A stretch of 63,615 nucleotides of DNA, filler included, from Collodictyon triciliatum (lineage: Eukaryota): NCBI GenBank assembly GCA_043381765.1. It is 6 parts of 6 records of this genome, joined end to end, with 100 filler letters (N's around TTAATTAATTAA, not from the genome) between each part and the next. Parts side by side here need not be neighbours in the genome. Positions count along the whole stretch, not along the records: positions 23,693 to 35,427 come from JBHJMP010002327.1; positions 35,528 to 47,246 come from JBHJMP010002328.1; 4 more parts are not named here. One strand, given 5' to 3'. The position numbers and the translations under genes were made by a program. Under the pieces are notes generated by a model, which had not been told where the DNA came from, did not search any database, and saw only the letters and a program-made list of their open reading frames with translations. This document shows, in pieces, positions 27,155 to 37,186 of this stretch. Every line of letters begins with the position of its first letter. Position 1 is the first letter of the stretch.

Positions 27155-29067
27155 TCATGGGTGGGTCGGAATAATGAGACCCGTGGGATGTGACCCTCCT
27201 TCTTTTATCCTTCTTGGATATTTTCTTCTCTTTTTGCTGATTCTTTTCAAACCTGCTATTGCCTGCTCGCTGAAGACATTGCCGCTCCAGTCGACCAACT
27301 GAAGGGTTTTGCAAGACTTCGCGGCCTCGGCGAGAAGAGAGCCGGACTCTGGTGTGATTGCGTTGCGGCTGATGTCCAAACACGCGAGCGACTGTGTTTT
27401 TTTCAGCAAACCGACCAGAGGAGGCACACCTGCGTCCCTTATCTTGTTTCCCTAAAACATGAAACCATTAAGGCTGCATACCCACCCACATTCCATAGCA
27501 GGCTCCATCTACTTTCTTTGTTCTGACTAAATACGATTTTGAAAGAACGTATATGGATTATGCCAGAGAAAAGGGATGAAGACGCAGGGTGCGATAGACA
27601 CTATCATACTTCAATATCAAGCGAGTAAACGGTCGCAGAGTCCTCCAGTGCTTTTGCTATGGCTTCGATACCCGCATCACCGATGCTGTTGTTGGCAAGG
27701 TCGATGCTAATAAGGCGACATTGCGGCGAGCTATGCGTGGGGTTATCATCTTATTGGTACATAAAGATATCTCTGGGCCTGTCTTGTTGGATTGCATAGC
27801 AATCATATTGTCTGGTATTGAGCACAGCAAACCTGATATATTTCGCCATTTGTAGTGCCCCGACTTCCGTGATATTGTTACGGTCGACAATCAAGCGCTT
27901 TAGCTATAGAAATATATAATAGAAATTTTTACTTTGTGTTTGGCATGGGAACAAAATACTAAAGTAAAGCAAATACTGGTTGGCGGAAAGAATTAAGACA
28001 TATATACTATTTACGACAATTTTCTCCAGAGCAAAAGATGTACGCAATTATAGTTATGTTGTTTATTGGAAATATATATACATATAAATGTAAGTGTATG
28101 AAAGAATACTTTATCTCCCATGGTCAGTGCTGTCAAGATAATCTAAATTACATGTAAAAGAGCTAAGCCAATAAATTTGAAGAAATATGTTTCACCTGAA
28201 AAAAAAGAAGAAAAAAGAAGAAAAAAGAAGAAAAAAAGAAGAAAAAAAGAAGAAAAAAAGAAGAAAAAAAGAAGAAAAAAAGAAGAAAAAAAGAAGAAAA
28301 AAAGAAGAAAAAAAAGAAGAAAAAAAAGAAGAAAAAAAAGAAGAAAAAAAAGAAGAAAAAAAGAAGAAAAAAAGAAGAAAAAAAGAAGAAAAAAAGAAGA
28401 AAAAAAGAAGAAAAAAAGAAGAGGAGCAAATCCCTTATATTTCTTCATTTTTATACCAATAATATATATGTTTTCATCTCAATCTCATTAAGTACCTCAA
28501 GCCCGTCGTCACCAATATTATTTTTCGATATATTCAAATATGTGATGCTAGTGTTGGCAGATAGTGCCTGTGATTTCCCAAAGTTAGATATTGAATAGTC
28601 CACTTCCTATGATAGTTATTATATATCTAGTGTCATCTTACATGAGCCAAAAATTTTGAACCAGAAGGACCAATTTTGTTCCTGGAAAAGTCCACCCATT
28701 CCAGTCGATTATTACCTGATTTTAAATGTAGTTCGTAATGTTAATCTATGTGAACAGGGGACTAATTCTAATGATAATAATAATACATCTCATGAGAATA
28801 CAAACCTCTCAGTCCATCGCACAATAATTGAAGAACAAGGTCATCAAGACCACAGTTTGATAAAGTAAGTTTCTTGAGTTCTGTATAATACCTGCAAGAG
28901 TGTATATAGTAAATAATACAAAGAAACATCAGGAATGTGCGAATTTAGCGCAGCTGACAAAATTCAACAGTGATGTTTGAATAATAAAATACCTAAGGAC
29001 ATTTGATAATGAATTAAATCCCTCTAGTCCTATATCTTGATTAGCTATTTCCAAGCTAGACGAATTT
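27155..29067 (-). CDS. Ribonuclease-inhibitor/NLRC3-type LRR protein, multi-exon; 5' exon not identified
   Basis: Exons encode NSSSLEIANQDIGLEGFNSLSNVL; ELKKLTLSNCGLDDLVLQLLCDGL; ALSANTSITYLNISKNNIGDDGLE; LISIDLANNSIGDAGIEAIAKAL; GNKIRDAGVPPLVGLL..LDISRNAITPESGSLLAEA (28-aa RNI-type repeats). Confidence 0.85.
28198..28421. repeat. (GAAAAAAAGAA)n-type purine tract, intronic in the LRR gene
   Basis: Directly visible. Confidence 0.9.
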
Positions 29068-29130
29068 CTGTTTCATTTTTAATTAAGGAGGTGCGCGATA
29101 ATGAAAAGGGGATGAAAAATATTAGAAAAT

Positions 29131-29260
29131 GAAAAGAAAAAAGAAAAAGAAAAAGAAAAAAGAAAAAGAAAAAAGAAAAAAGAAAAAGAAAAAAGAAAAA
29201 GAAAAAAGAAAAAAGAAAAAGAAAAAAGAAAAAGAAAAAAGAAAAAGAAAAAAGAAAAAG

Positions 29261-29320
<60 letters not shown>

Positions 29321-29468
29321 NAAAAAAAAAGAAGAAAAAAAAGAAGAAAAAGAAAAAGAAAAAAGAAAAAAACAAAAGAAAAAAGAAAAAACAAAAACAA
29401 AAAGACAAAAAACAAAGACAAAAAACAAAAACAAAAACAAAAAGAAAAAGAAAAAGAAAAAAGAAAAC
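29131..29468. repeat. A-rich low-complexity/poly(A) tract
   Basis: Directly visible (GAAAAA)n, poly(A) and (CAAAAA)n. Confidence 0.9.
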
Positions 29469-29601
29469 AATATAGCGTTCCTGTCATTTTTATTTCCCCG
29501 TCAAGTTTGTCACCGATGAAAAGAGAATAGGAAATGCAAAAACATCAGGTGAAAGCAAATGACGAACGCATATGGGGTGCTGTATCAGGTTGCACAGAAG
29601 G

Positions 29602-32600
29602 TCATTGTGCCGACTCGATCACAGGAGGCTTTTTGAGTTGCTCAAGAAGGATGCGATTGGGCTGCGAACAAAGCTTCACCCCCTCACAGGCGATGTCGTC
29701 TCCCCGCAGTGTTGTGTGTGATGTCCAAACAACAGAAAGACTGATATAATCCTGTCCGTCTTCCTTTGTGGGTGTCCACATATAAATGAATCCGTTTTCG
29801 CCGGTTGTGATGAGAGTGTTTGTGTCCACATCGTATTCAACCGCGCGGACTTGGTTGTGAATCTGCTTCTCAAAAAGCATATCGTACTTACCGCCTCTGA
29901 CCTTGACGATGCGAAGGAAGCCTCCACGATCCCCAAAAGCAACATATTCTGTCTCTTTGATAGTAAACGTATCGCACGCATAGATTGGTGATTCACCCAT
30001 GAACAACCGCTCTTGGCCAGGGCTGCTCTCGTTATTGAGACACATATCAAAACGGTAGACAAGTCCAGTTTCGTCGCATATCACAATCGACTGCTTCGTT
30101 TTGTCTGGGTTGGTCTTTGCAAACACAGGTGTGACAGGGGTGCTTAGGCCATCGGATGATTCGATTTTGGACACTTTTTCGTCCTCTGATAACATCTTTG
30201 AAAGGCCAATGTAATCCAAAGATCGACAGACGACCATGTCATTCTCCACCGTCACAAGAAGCGTCCTCGTGGCATTAGCACCCACTTTGATGTTGAATGC
30301 ATCAACTGGGTTGCTTAAAAGGGTAATTTCATTCTCTCTTTCATCAAGTGTGAAGTTAGACTCATTTAATGCATATGCCTTCAAGCTTTTGTTTGTTGCC
30401 AAAACCAAGTATTCCCTCCCTCTCAATTGGAAAACATCGAATTGAATAACTCTTTCGGTAATTTTGAGTATCGAGATGCCTTTGCTATCGGAATCAAAGA
30501 TATTAATATGACTGAGAGAGCTTAGGTCGCTATTTAATTGGTAATACACGCCCATAAGATTCTCTATTCGCCGGGTGGCAATCCTTGGGATTAAATCCTC
30601 CATAAATCTTGACACCATGCAGTTTCCTGTAGCAAAATCCCACACTTTCAGGAAGCGGTCGCTGCTTCCCGTTACAATTAGCCCGGCAGAAGTTAATATC
30701 TTGTTCAAATCGCCAGGTAGTGGGTCTGTTGATATGTTAGGGAGGATTTTGTCTCTGGGGTGACTTATCCTGGGTGGTACGATTGATGACAGCGTATTAA
30801 TGGCTTTCCGATGCCCATTTGCTTTCTTGATCAATTCGCGGGATGTGATACTCCAGATCCACGCCGAGCTATCTTGGCAGCAGCCAAGGAGGTAATACTC
30901 GTTCATATACTTAAATACATCCAAGTCTGGAATCTCCTTGGTGTGACCCAAGAACGGGCGTAAAACAGTGGCTTCACTGACACTCCACAAGTATACCATT
31001 CTGTCAGCCCCTGAAGATACCAAATATTCTGGCTCTCCGTTATCGGCTGGAACCCATTGTATATCTCGAACAGCTTTTTCGTGCCAGTCCTTCAAAATGA
31101 TAGGACTCGCATCCAATATGCTTGTATCGAAAATGTGTATTTCTTTTTCAATAGCAACAGCAATCTTGTACCGCTTCTGATACTTGATGGCACGAATTGT
31201 TCGAACTTGTCTGTTGCTCGAGATTAAATTATGGGGCTCGCCCAGTGTAATAGCCATATTCTCTAGGCTAAATTTGATTTCTCTATATTCAATGTGGGGT
31301 AAACTTCCAGCATACATGATAAACAGTCTCCCATCCTTGAAAAAGAACTCTGTTGTATTCAAGGTACCTTTCATCTTGATTTTAGATAAGACAGAAATTC
31401 CGCCTTCTTCTCCAGTGCTCTTGTTCGGATTGAATGTTGAAAATATAAGCTGTCCATCCAATGAGGCATACACAAAGAAATGTTCATCCGAATCATCCAA
31501 GCCAAAGTGCGATTGAACTTCAGCACAAGTGTGGATGCATGTGATTTGACCACCATTGATTTTATCTTTGGGTAGTTCGAGCTTCTTCTCGCATGATATT
31601 GCATCCCAAACGAAGATGATTCCGGCTTTGTCTCCAGATATCAGGTATGTATCACCGTTTTTTTTTGAAGTTGCTATGGCTGATATTTCAATACTGCCGT
31701 GTAGTAAATGAATTCCATAATCGCATGCCTCCAAATCCCATACGGATATTATATTACTTGATGCTGTATAAAATTGTACTGATGAATCGCTCACCTCAGC
31801 GCGCCCACAATTGACAGGTTTCTGGTGAATCAGTTTCGGAAGCTGCCCAAAGTCTGTCCCTCTCATAATACAGCCATTAAATATGCACCCACGAATGTCT
31901 GCATCCTTGAATATGACTCCGCTCAAATCAGCGTTGCTGAAATCGACATTTTGTATGACCGCTTGAGATAAATCTGCCCGTGGGATTTTAACCTTCTGAA
32001 GGTTTATGGTGTGCAATGGGATTCTAGCATAGTTCAGAACTGTGATGGCTACACTGGCAGCGTTGGGCACCAGTTTGCTGGAAGTGTCACTAGCTGAATG
32101 ACGAATGATATCCTTGAGAGACTGCGCAAAACTGATGCTTTTGAAGGTATAATCAGCCAGAAATTGTTTGACCAAAAAATCTTTCTCCTGAAGATTAGGA
32201 AAGACAGCACCTTTTTCTTTCCACCTCTTGCTTTCAATTTCCTGTATGGCTTTCTTCGCTCCAAAAAACTCTTGAATAGAACGGTGTATAAATGCATACT
32301 GCTCCTCCTTTTCCGATGTCTGGAAACGTCTAATCAAGGTACCTTTTCGAACCTCTAAGAGTTCATATGTGTCATCAAAGAAGGAGCCCCACTCGTGACA
32401 TGACATATGAATATCCTTCGTCTTTTTTACCGTGGCCACTGTTGTCTTTTTCGTAATGAGTTTTTGTGCGAATGCAAAGGAAAATTCATCATAATTTTTC
32501 TTGTTCGAAACAAGTGGGTTGCTGGCACTCTTTTCTTTGCTAGAATGCCAGAGTCCGATGAACCTATCGTAAATTTCGAATCTAGATAAAGTGGCAACCG

Positions 32601-35196
32601 GTTCATTTCTCTTTTCCTCCAGATAACTCGGCAATACTTTCATAATTAGAGATAAGATAAAAGGAGATTCTGCCGCTTCCTTTAAACTAGGGGAGCTAAA
32701 AATATTCGATGCTATTTCTTGGTGTGTAAGTAGAATTTTTGGTTGGGATTCGACAAATGTCTGAATATATTTCTTGATCTGTTCATTTCCAAAAGGCTGA
32801 AGAACAAGATACTCCACCGGCTTTCTTATATCACCTTTGTGAACTGTTTTTACGCCAAACTTCCGTTCAAGGTCATGCTTAGTTTCTTGGAGATTGTAGC
32901 GATACGTGATAATGACGTGATACCGCTGAAGTAAATCAATATTTTTTTCAATGATTTTGAACGAGCCAGCTTCGTTCAATTCATCATATCCATCCAGTAT
33001 AAATACACCAAGGCTGGCCTCAATAAGCTTTGCATATTCAGACTTCATGTTCTTATGGATATGGTCTAGCAACTTTGCTGGGTTGTTAACTGAAGGAAGA
33101 TTAATGATGATAGGGTAAATGGTTCTTTGCAGAGAGGGGGCTTTACCTAGCCTCTCATGCTGTTTTGTTGCAAATGTGGATTTTCCTGCTCCAGATTTTC
33201 CCAGTATCACAAGAGTATGAGGGGGCCCTTTAAGAAATTGGTCAACGACTTCATCTGCATCATAGAGCTTTTCGTCATTTAGGCCTCGTTTGGCTTTAAG
33301 TTCTACATAAATTTCTTCATTTTCATCATCTGTGATTTTATAAGAGTCTGTACTTGTGCTATGGTCTCGGGATGAGGATAATCTGTAAAATTCTTCTTGT
33401 GCTTGAGAGAAAATATCGGTTGGAAGATAAGTCTCATTCGCGTATGCCGTAGAAGCATTCAGTCTTTCAAGATGCTTGCCCAGCTCTTGCTCAACCAGAG
33501 AGAGAAACTTTGATTTCCTCATGCCCTCCTTATTTTCTTGAAAAATATTGGAAACAGACTTTGTGTGCACTTCTGCTTGTCCTAATTTGCGAAGCTGGTA
33601 GATTGCATGATGTCCGTATTGGATGGGTTGTGCGTCGATGTACTCATCACCCACAAGTTTCTCTAACCAAACCAAGGCCTCTTTGGAGCATGATTTAATA
33701 GGAAGTTGAGCAATGCGTATCACATCCTCGAACACAAACCAAAGTAGTTCTGATGACTTATCCTTTGATAGAATACATTCGGAGAATAGTGATGCATCCC
33801 CTAGTCTATGGCTAAGCACCAATGATTTAAAGAAAATATAATCATCATACCACACTTCTCGCCCTTCACACTTTCTGAATGAGACTTTGATTTTGTCATA
33901 CTCTGCGAGCACGTCGGTTTCGATGCGGTACTCTCTAAAATGGGAATCATCTGGGCTATGGTACACATGGTACTCTGTGGTAAACGACTCTATCTTGTTG
34001 AAAATGCGAACAAAGCCTTGGTAGACCTTCTCAAACATAGGGTTATATCGCGGAACTTTACTGATGTCGGATTTCAACAAAAATTCTGTGATTCTTCTCA
34101 TATTTTCATGGTCAACATCAACTTTAATGTTTCTCAATACAATTGAATCTAGCAAAAGTCCTAGAGAATGAAAAAGAAAGACCAACTGGTCCTCATACTT
34201 TAGCATCTGCGATTCAGACTCGGGAACCCTGATTATAATTTGATTCAATAATTTCGTTACATGGACTTGTGACTTTGGTGCATCTGAAAACAGCAGCGTC
34301 TCGGCCATGCACCGAATGTAGTAGGGCTCTGTGTACATGCCCTCCAACTCTGGCTTTGTCAGTATCACCCACAGCAGATTGCAAAACTCTCTGTCGCACG
34401 TGCGCGCGAGTAGTCCTGCCTCAGAAATATGCCTAACGGTGATGCTGGCACTTTTCATGACAATACGAAGAATTATTTTTCCAAGGAATTTGTGACCCTT
34501 CTTCTTTTTGAAGCGGATCGACTGAGCGAGCGTGAGGGCGTTTGTTGGATTGCGATGAGCTTCTGTTGAATCCAGATTCACCAACTCCTCGAACTTTCTG
34601 AACTGGAAGGGTAACTTTTCTTTGCCCGCTATTCGCCCTGGGTTTCTTTCATCGAGTGTATTTCCCATGTCAGTGATGTGAACTGGTATAGCTTTCTGGG
34701 GTGTATCTTTCTTGGTGGCCTGTGGATTTTCTTCATCGCTGTAGGCGTCCCTTTTATCTTCGTTATCCGATGAATTGTCTTCATTCTCGCTTTCAGTGAC
34801 TGCTTCAATATCCAGTTGTTTTTCTTCCACATCATACATTAGCTTTGGCTCGAATGTTGACTGTACAATCCCACCGCCACAGAGTGTTTGGGTTATTCGT
34901 ACTATGGGAGAGCAATACGGGTATCCTGCGCCAAAGGGTGTATTCTTAGCTAGCTTTCCCCATGTCACATCAAACCCAAGACCCGCCTTGTCTAAATCGA
35001 GAAAAGATTCGAGCAGAGAGTCAGATGATAATAAGTATTGGCACACAGCTGCTGGTATCACCAGTTCAGCTTCGATCCATTTCTCTGGACTGCTTGGTTG
35101 CTCAATAAAAGCTTGGATGTGGTTTTCACGGTCCCCAGTCCCTTGTGTCACACGGAGGTGAAGCCTGACGCTGGGTTGCTCTGTGGAGCCTCTCAT
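29602..35196 (-). CDS. Intronless STAND NTPase: uncharacterised/helical N-terminus + NACHT + pentapeptide repeats + WD40 repeats (NLR-like)
   Basis: 1864-aa ORF. Walker A GKSGAGKST, Walker B VFILDGYDE, SPFILSLI, winged-helix motif FIHRSIQEFF, pentapeptides ADLSQ/VDFSN/ADLSG/ADIRG/CIFNG, and WD repeats (LISGDKAGIIFVWD; LVSSGADRMVYLWS; LGHTKEI; GHRKAIN; VTGSSDRFLKVWD). Confidence 0.95.
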   Translation of the reverse strand: MRGSTEQPSVRLHLRVTQGTGDRENHIQAFIEQPSSPEKWIEAELVIPAAVCQYLLSSDSLLESFLDLDKAGLGFDVTWGKLAKNTPFGAGYPYCSPIVRITQTLCGGGIVQSTFEPKLMYDVEEKQLDIEAVTESENEDNSSDNEDKRDAYSDEENPQATKKDTPQKAIPVHITDMGNTLDERNPGRIAGKEKLPFQFRKFEELVNLDSTEAHRNPTNALTLAQSIRFKKKKGHKFLGKIILRIVMKSASITVRHISEAGLLARTCDREFCNLLWVILTKPELEGMYTEPYYIRCMAETLLFSDAPKSQVHVTKLLNQIIIRVPESESQMLKYEDQLVFLFHSLGLLLDSIVLRNIKVDVDHENMRRITEFLLKSDISKVPRYNPMFEKVYQGFVRIFNKIESFTTEYHVYHSPDDSHFREYRIETDVLAEYDKIKVSFRKCEGREVWYDDYIFFKSLVLSHRLGDASLFSECILSKDKSSELLWFVFEDVIRIAQLPIKSCSKEALVWLEKLVGDEYIDAQPIQYGHHAIYQLRKLGQAEVHTKSVSNIFQENKEGMRKSKFLSLVEQELGKHLERLNASTAYANETYLPTDIFSQAQEEFYRLSSSRDHSTSTDSYKITDDENEEIYVELKAKRGLNDEKLYDADEVVDQFLKGPPHTLVILGKSGAGKSTFATKQHERLGKAPSLQRTIYPIIINLPSVNNPAKLLDHIHKNMKSEYAKLIEASLGVFILDGYDELNEAGSFKIIEKNIDLLQRYHVIITYRYNLQETKHDLERKFGVKTVHKGDIRKPVEYLVLQPFGNEQIKKYIQTFVESQPKILLTHQEIASNIFSSPSLKEAAESPFILSLIMKVLPSYLEEKRNEPVATLSRFEIYDRFIGLWHSSKEKSASNPLVSNKKNYDEFSFAFAQKLITKKTTVATVKKTKDIHMSCHEWGSFFDDTYELLEVRKGTLIRRFQTSEKEEQYAFIHRSIQEFFGAKKAIQEIESKRWKEKGAVFPNLQEKDFLVKQFLADYTFKSISFAQSLKDIIRHSASDTSSKLVPNAASVAITVLNYARIPLHTINLQKVKIPRADLSQAVIQNVDFSNADLSGVIFKDADIRGCIFNGCIMRGTDFGQLPKLIHQKPVNCGRAEVSDSSVQFYTASSNIISVWDLEACDYGIHLLHGSIEISAIATSKKNGDTYLISGDKAGIIFVWDAISCEKKLELPKDKINGGQITCIHTCAEVQSHFGLDDSDEHFFVYASLDGQLIFSTFNPNKSTGEEGGISVLSKIKMKGTLNTTEFFFKDGRLFIMYAGSLPHIEYREIKFSLENMAITLGEPHNLISSNRQVRTIRAIKYQKRYKIAVAIEKEIHIFDTSILDASPIILKDWHEKAVRDIQWVPADNGEPEYLVSSGADRMVYLWSVSEATVLRPFLGHTKEIPDLDVFKYMNEYYLLGCCQDSSAWIWSITSRELIKKANGHRKAINTLSSIVPPRISHPRDKILPNISTDPLPGDLNKILTSAGLIVTGSSDRFLKVWDFATGNCMVSRFMEDLIPRIATRRIENLMGVYYQLNSDLSSLSHINIFDSDSKGISILKITERVIQFDVFQLRGREYLVLATNKSLKAYALNESNFTLDERENEITLLSNPVDAFNIKVGANATRTLLVTVENDMVVCRSLDYIGLSKMLSEDEKVSKIESSDGLSTPVTPVFAKTNPDKTKQSIVICDETGLVYRFDMCLNNESSPGQERLFMGESPIYACDTFTIKETEYVAFGDRGGFLRIVKVRGGKYDMLFEKQIHNQVRAVEYDVDTNTLITTGENGFIYMWTPTKEDGQDYISLSVVWTSHTTLRGDDIACEGVKLCSQPNRILLEQLKKPPVIESAQ

Positions 35197-35299
35197 AGCT
35201 TGGGTGTTTAGCCTGATGCATTTTCTTTTCTAATGAGCGATATGTGTCCTTCTTTTGTGTCTTTGTGTAGATCTGCATGTTTTGGGTCTTTTGTTTTGT

Positions 35300-35335
35300 T
35301 TTTAGTTATTTGTTTTTTTTTGCTTTTTGCTTTTT

Positions 35336-35404
<69 letters not shown>

Positions 35405-35527
35405 TTTTTTTTTTTTTTTTTTTTTTTNNNNNNNNNNNNNNNNNNNNNNNNNNNNNNNNNNNNNNNNNNNNTTAATTAATTAANNNNNNNNNNNNNNNNN
35501 NNNNNNNNNNNNNNNNNNNNNNNNNNN

Positions 35528-35618
<91 letters not shown>

Positions 35619-35720
35619 AAAAAAAACAATCAAAAAACAAAAAAAAACAATCAAAAAACAAAAAAACAAAAAAACAAAAAACAAACAAAAAACAAACAAA
35701 AAACAAACAAAAAACAAACA
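35300..35720. repeat. Poly(T) and poly(A)/(CAAA)n tracts either side of an artificial linker (35428-35527)
   Basis: Directly visible; the assembly breaks at these homopolymers. Confidence 0.9.
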
Positions 35721-35832
35721 AAAGCCGAATCTGAATGTTTGTGCTCAACAAAGGGGAAAAACGTATTATCTTGAGACAGACTTTCGTTTTGACTTCTGGT
35801 ATTGCTAGGCTAAGAAACAACAGCGATCGACA

Positions 35833-36709
35833 ATGTCTGACATCGATACTCGCTTCACTACGGCAATTGGAACCATTCAAGACGCCTACGTCGCCAAGGC
35901 ATTAATATGAAGCACCCACGCTTTGTTCACATTAACAATAAACAAATGATTGAATAAACGATAATATAATCAATTTATAAATACAAAGAAAGCCTATAAA
36001 ATGACTGTAACTCTAACCCCTGCAGACTCAACAACTCCAAGGTGAGATTGGTCGCTGGCAGCAAACACACGTGCAACAACAGGAAAAGGTTTTCATCTCA
36101 ATCTCAATCACAATCACAATTATTATCATTATCATTATCATCATAACCACAATCACAATCATGATCTCTGTCACTATTATCATCATCAACAAATAAAACA
36201 TGTGCTGAGGTTTCTCTCCTTTCGCCAGATCGTGTCCCTCGAAGAGTCCAATAAGGAAGCGCGTCACCAGATTGCCATCCTCGAGGCGCAAATTGCGGAG
36301 ATGAAGCGTGAAAATGCATCTGTCGCTGACCCCCGCAGCAGCATCTTGGAAAAATACAACATTCTTAAGCAGCAGTCTCTCCACTTGCAGACCCTTCGCA
36401 AGGTATCGTTGTTAGACGAGCATAATTCATGGCATTATTTCACTAGCATAGCCCAGCCCATCTGACATGCGCTATACATATTCATGTATCCCGCTCGGTT
36501 TTTGAAATCTCATAATATCCATATCGAATTTGTTTGACCAATTATTTCTTAAAATAATATCTGGTTAAATAGACCAATCAACTAATATATAGAATTAAAT
36601 TGTTTTTTTTTTAACGTTATAATTCACCTATCCTGTGCAGCAAATCGCCTCTATGGTATCCACTGAACCAGCCACCGATGCCACATCCTTGTTGTTTTCG
36701 GACTTTTAA
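35833..36709 (+). CDS. Small coiled-coil hypothetical protein (~123 aa), 4 exons: 35833-35898, 36026-36088, 36229-36402, 36641-36709
   Basis: Phase-0 exons join to MSDIDTRFTTAIGTIQDAYVAK|TQQLQGEIGRWQQTHVQQQEK|IVSLEESNKEARHQIAILEAQIAEMKREN...LQTLRK|QIASMVS..SDF*. First donor is probably GC. Confidence 0.65.
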
Positions 36710-37186
36710 TTCCGAGCCATGATTGACAAAATCCATGCAATGTGAGAGAGCACTCACAACATGACCCTTACCAATCCAGAATCAGCCAAAACCCACTCTC
36801 GATAAACACACAAGCGAACAATATAAAAGATCAATTCGTGCGCCTATGTATTCATAAACTCAGATACATGAACAAATTGATGAGTAAATAAATAACTAAT
36901 ACCACTATCAACATAATGGTTTCTGGAGTGTTTTGATACAACGCCAAGTATGTTTACTTTCAACCCAACAATTAGACGCGAACAGGGTTGGATTGAGTAG
37001 CTTTATTTTTATAGGTACCAGCGCCAATTGGCCCAGATTTTCAGGTGATGTCAACGCTTTTATCTCTATTTCCTTGAGCAATGCTAAACTTGTGCTTGGT
37101 TTGCTTTATTTATTCAAATACGAAATAATCTCACCCCGTCGGTCCGGTCATAACTTTCTTTGCTTTCTAATTATTCTTATTATTTT

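Noticed and set aside
28143-29530. Poly-F and poly-K/E/R ORFs
   Set aside because: Purine/pyrimidine low-complexity tracts. The same applies at 23637-23898, 35233-35880 and 47102-47600.
29676-35161. Short ORFs overlapping or antisense to the NACHT gene
   Set aside because: Shadow ORFs with no motifs.
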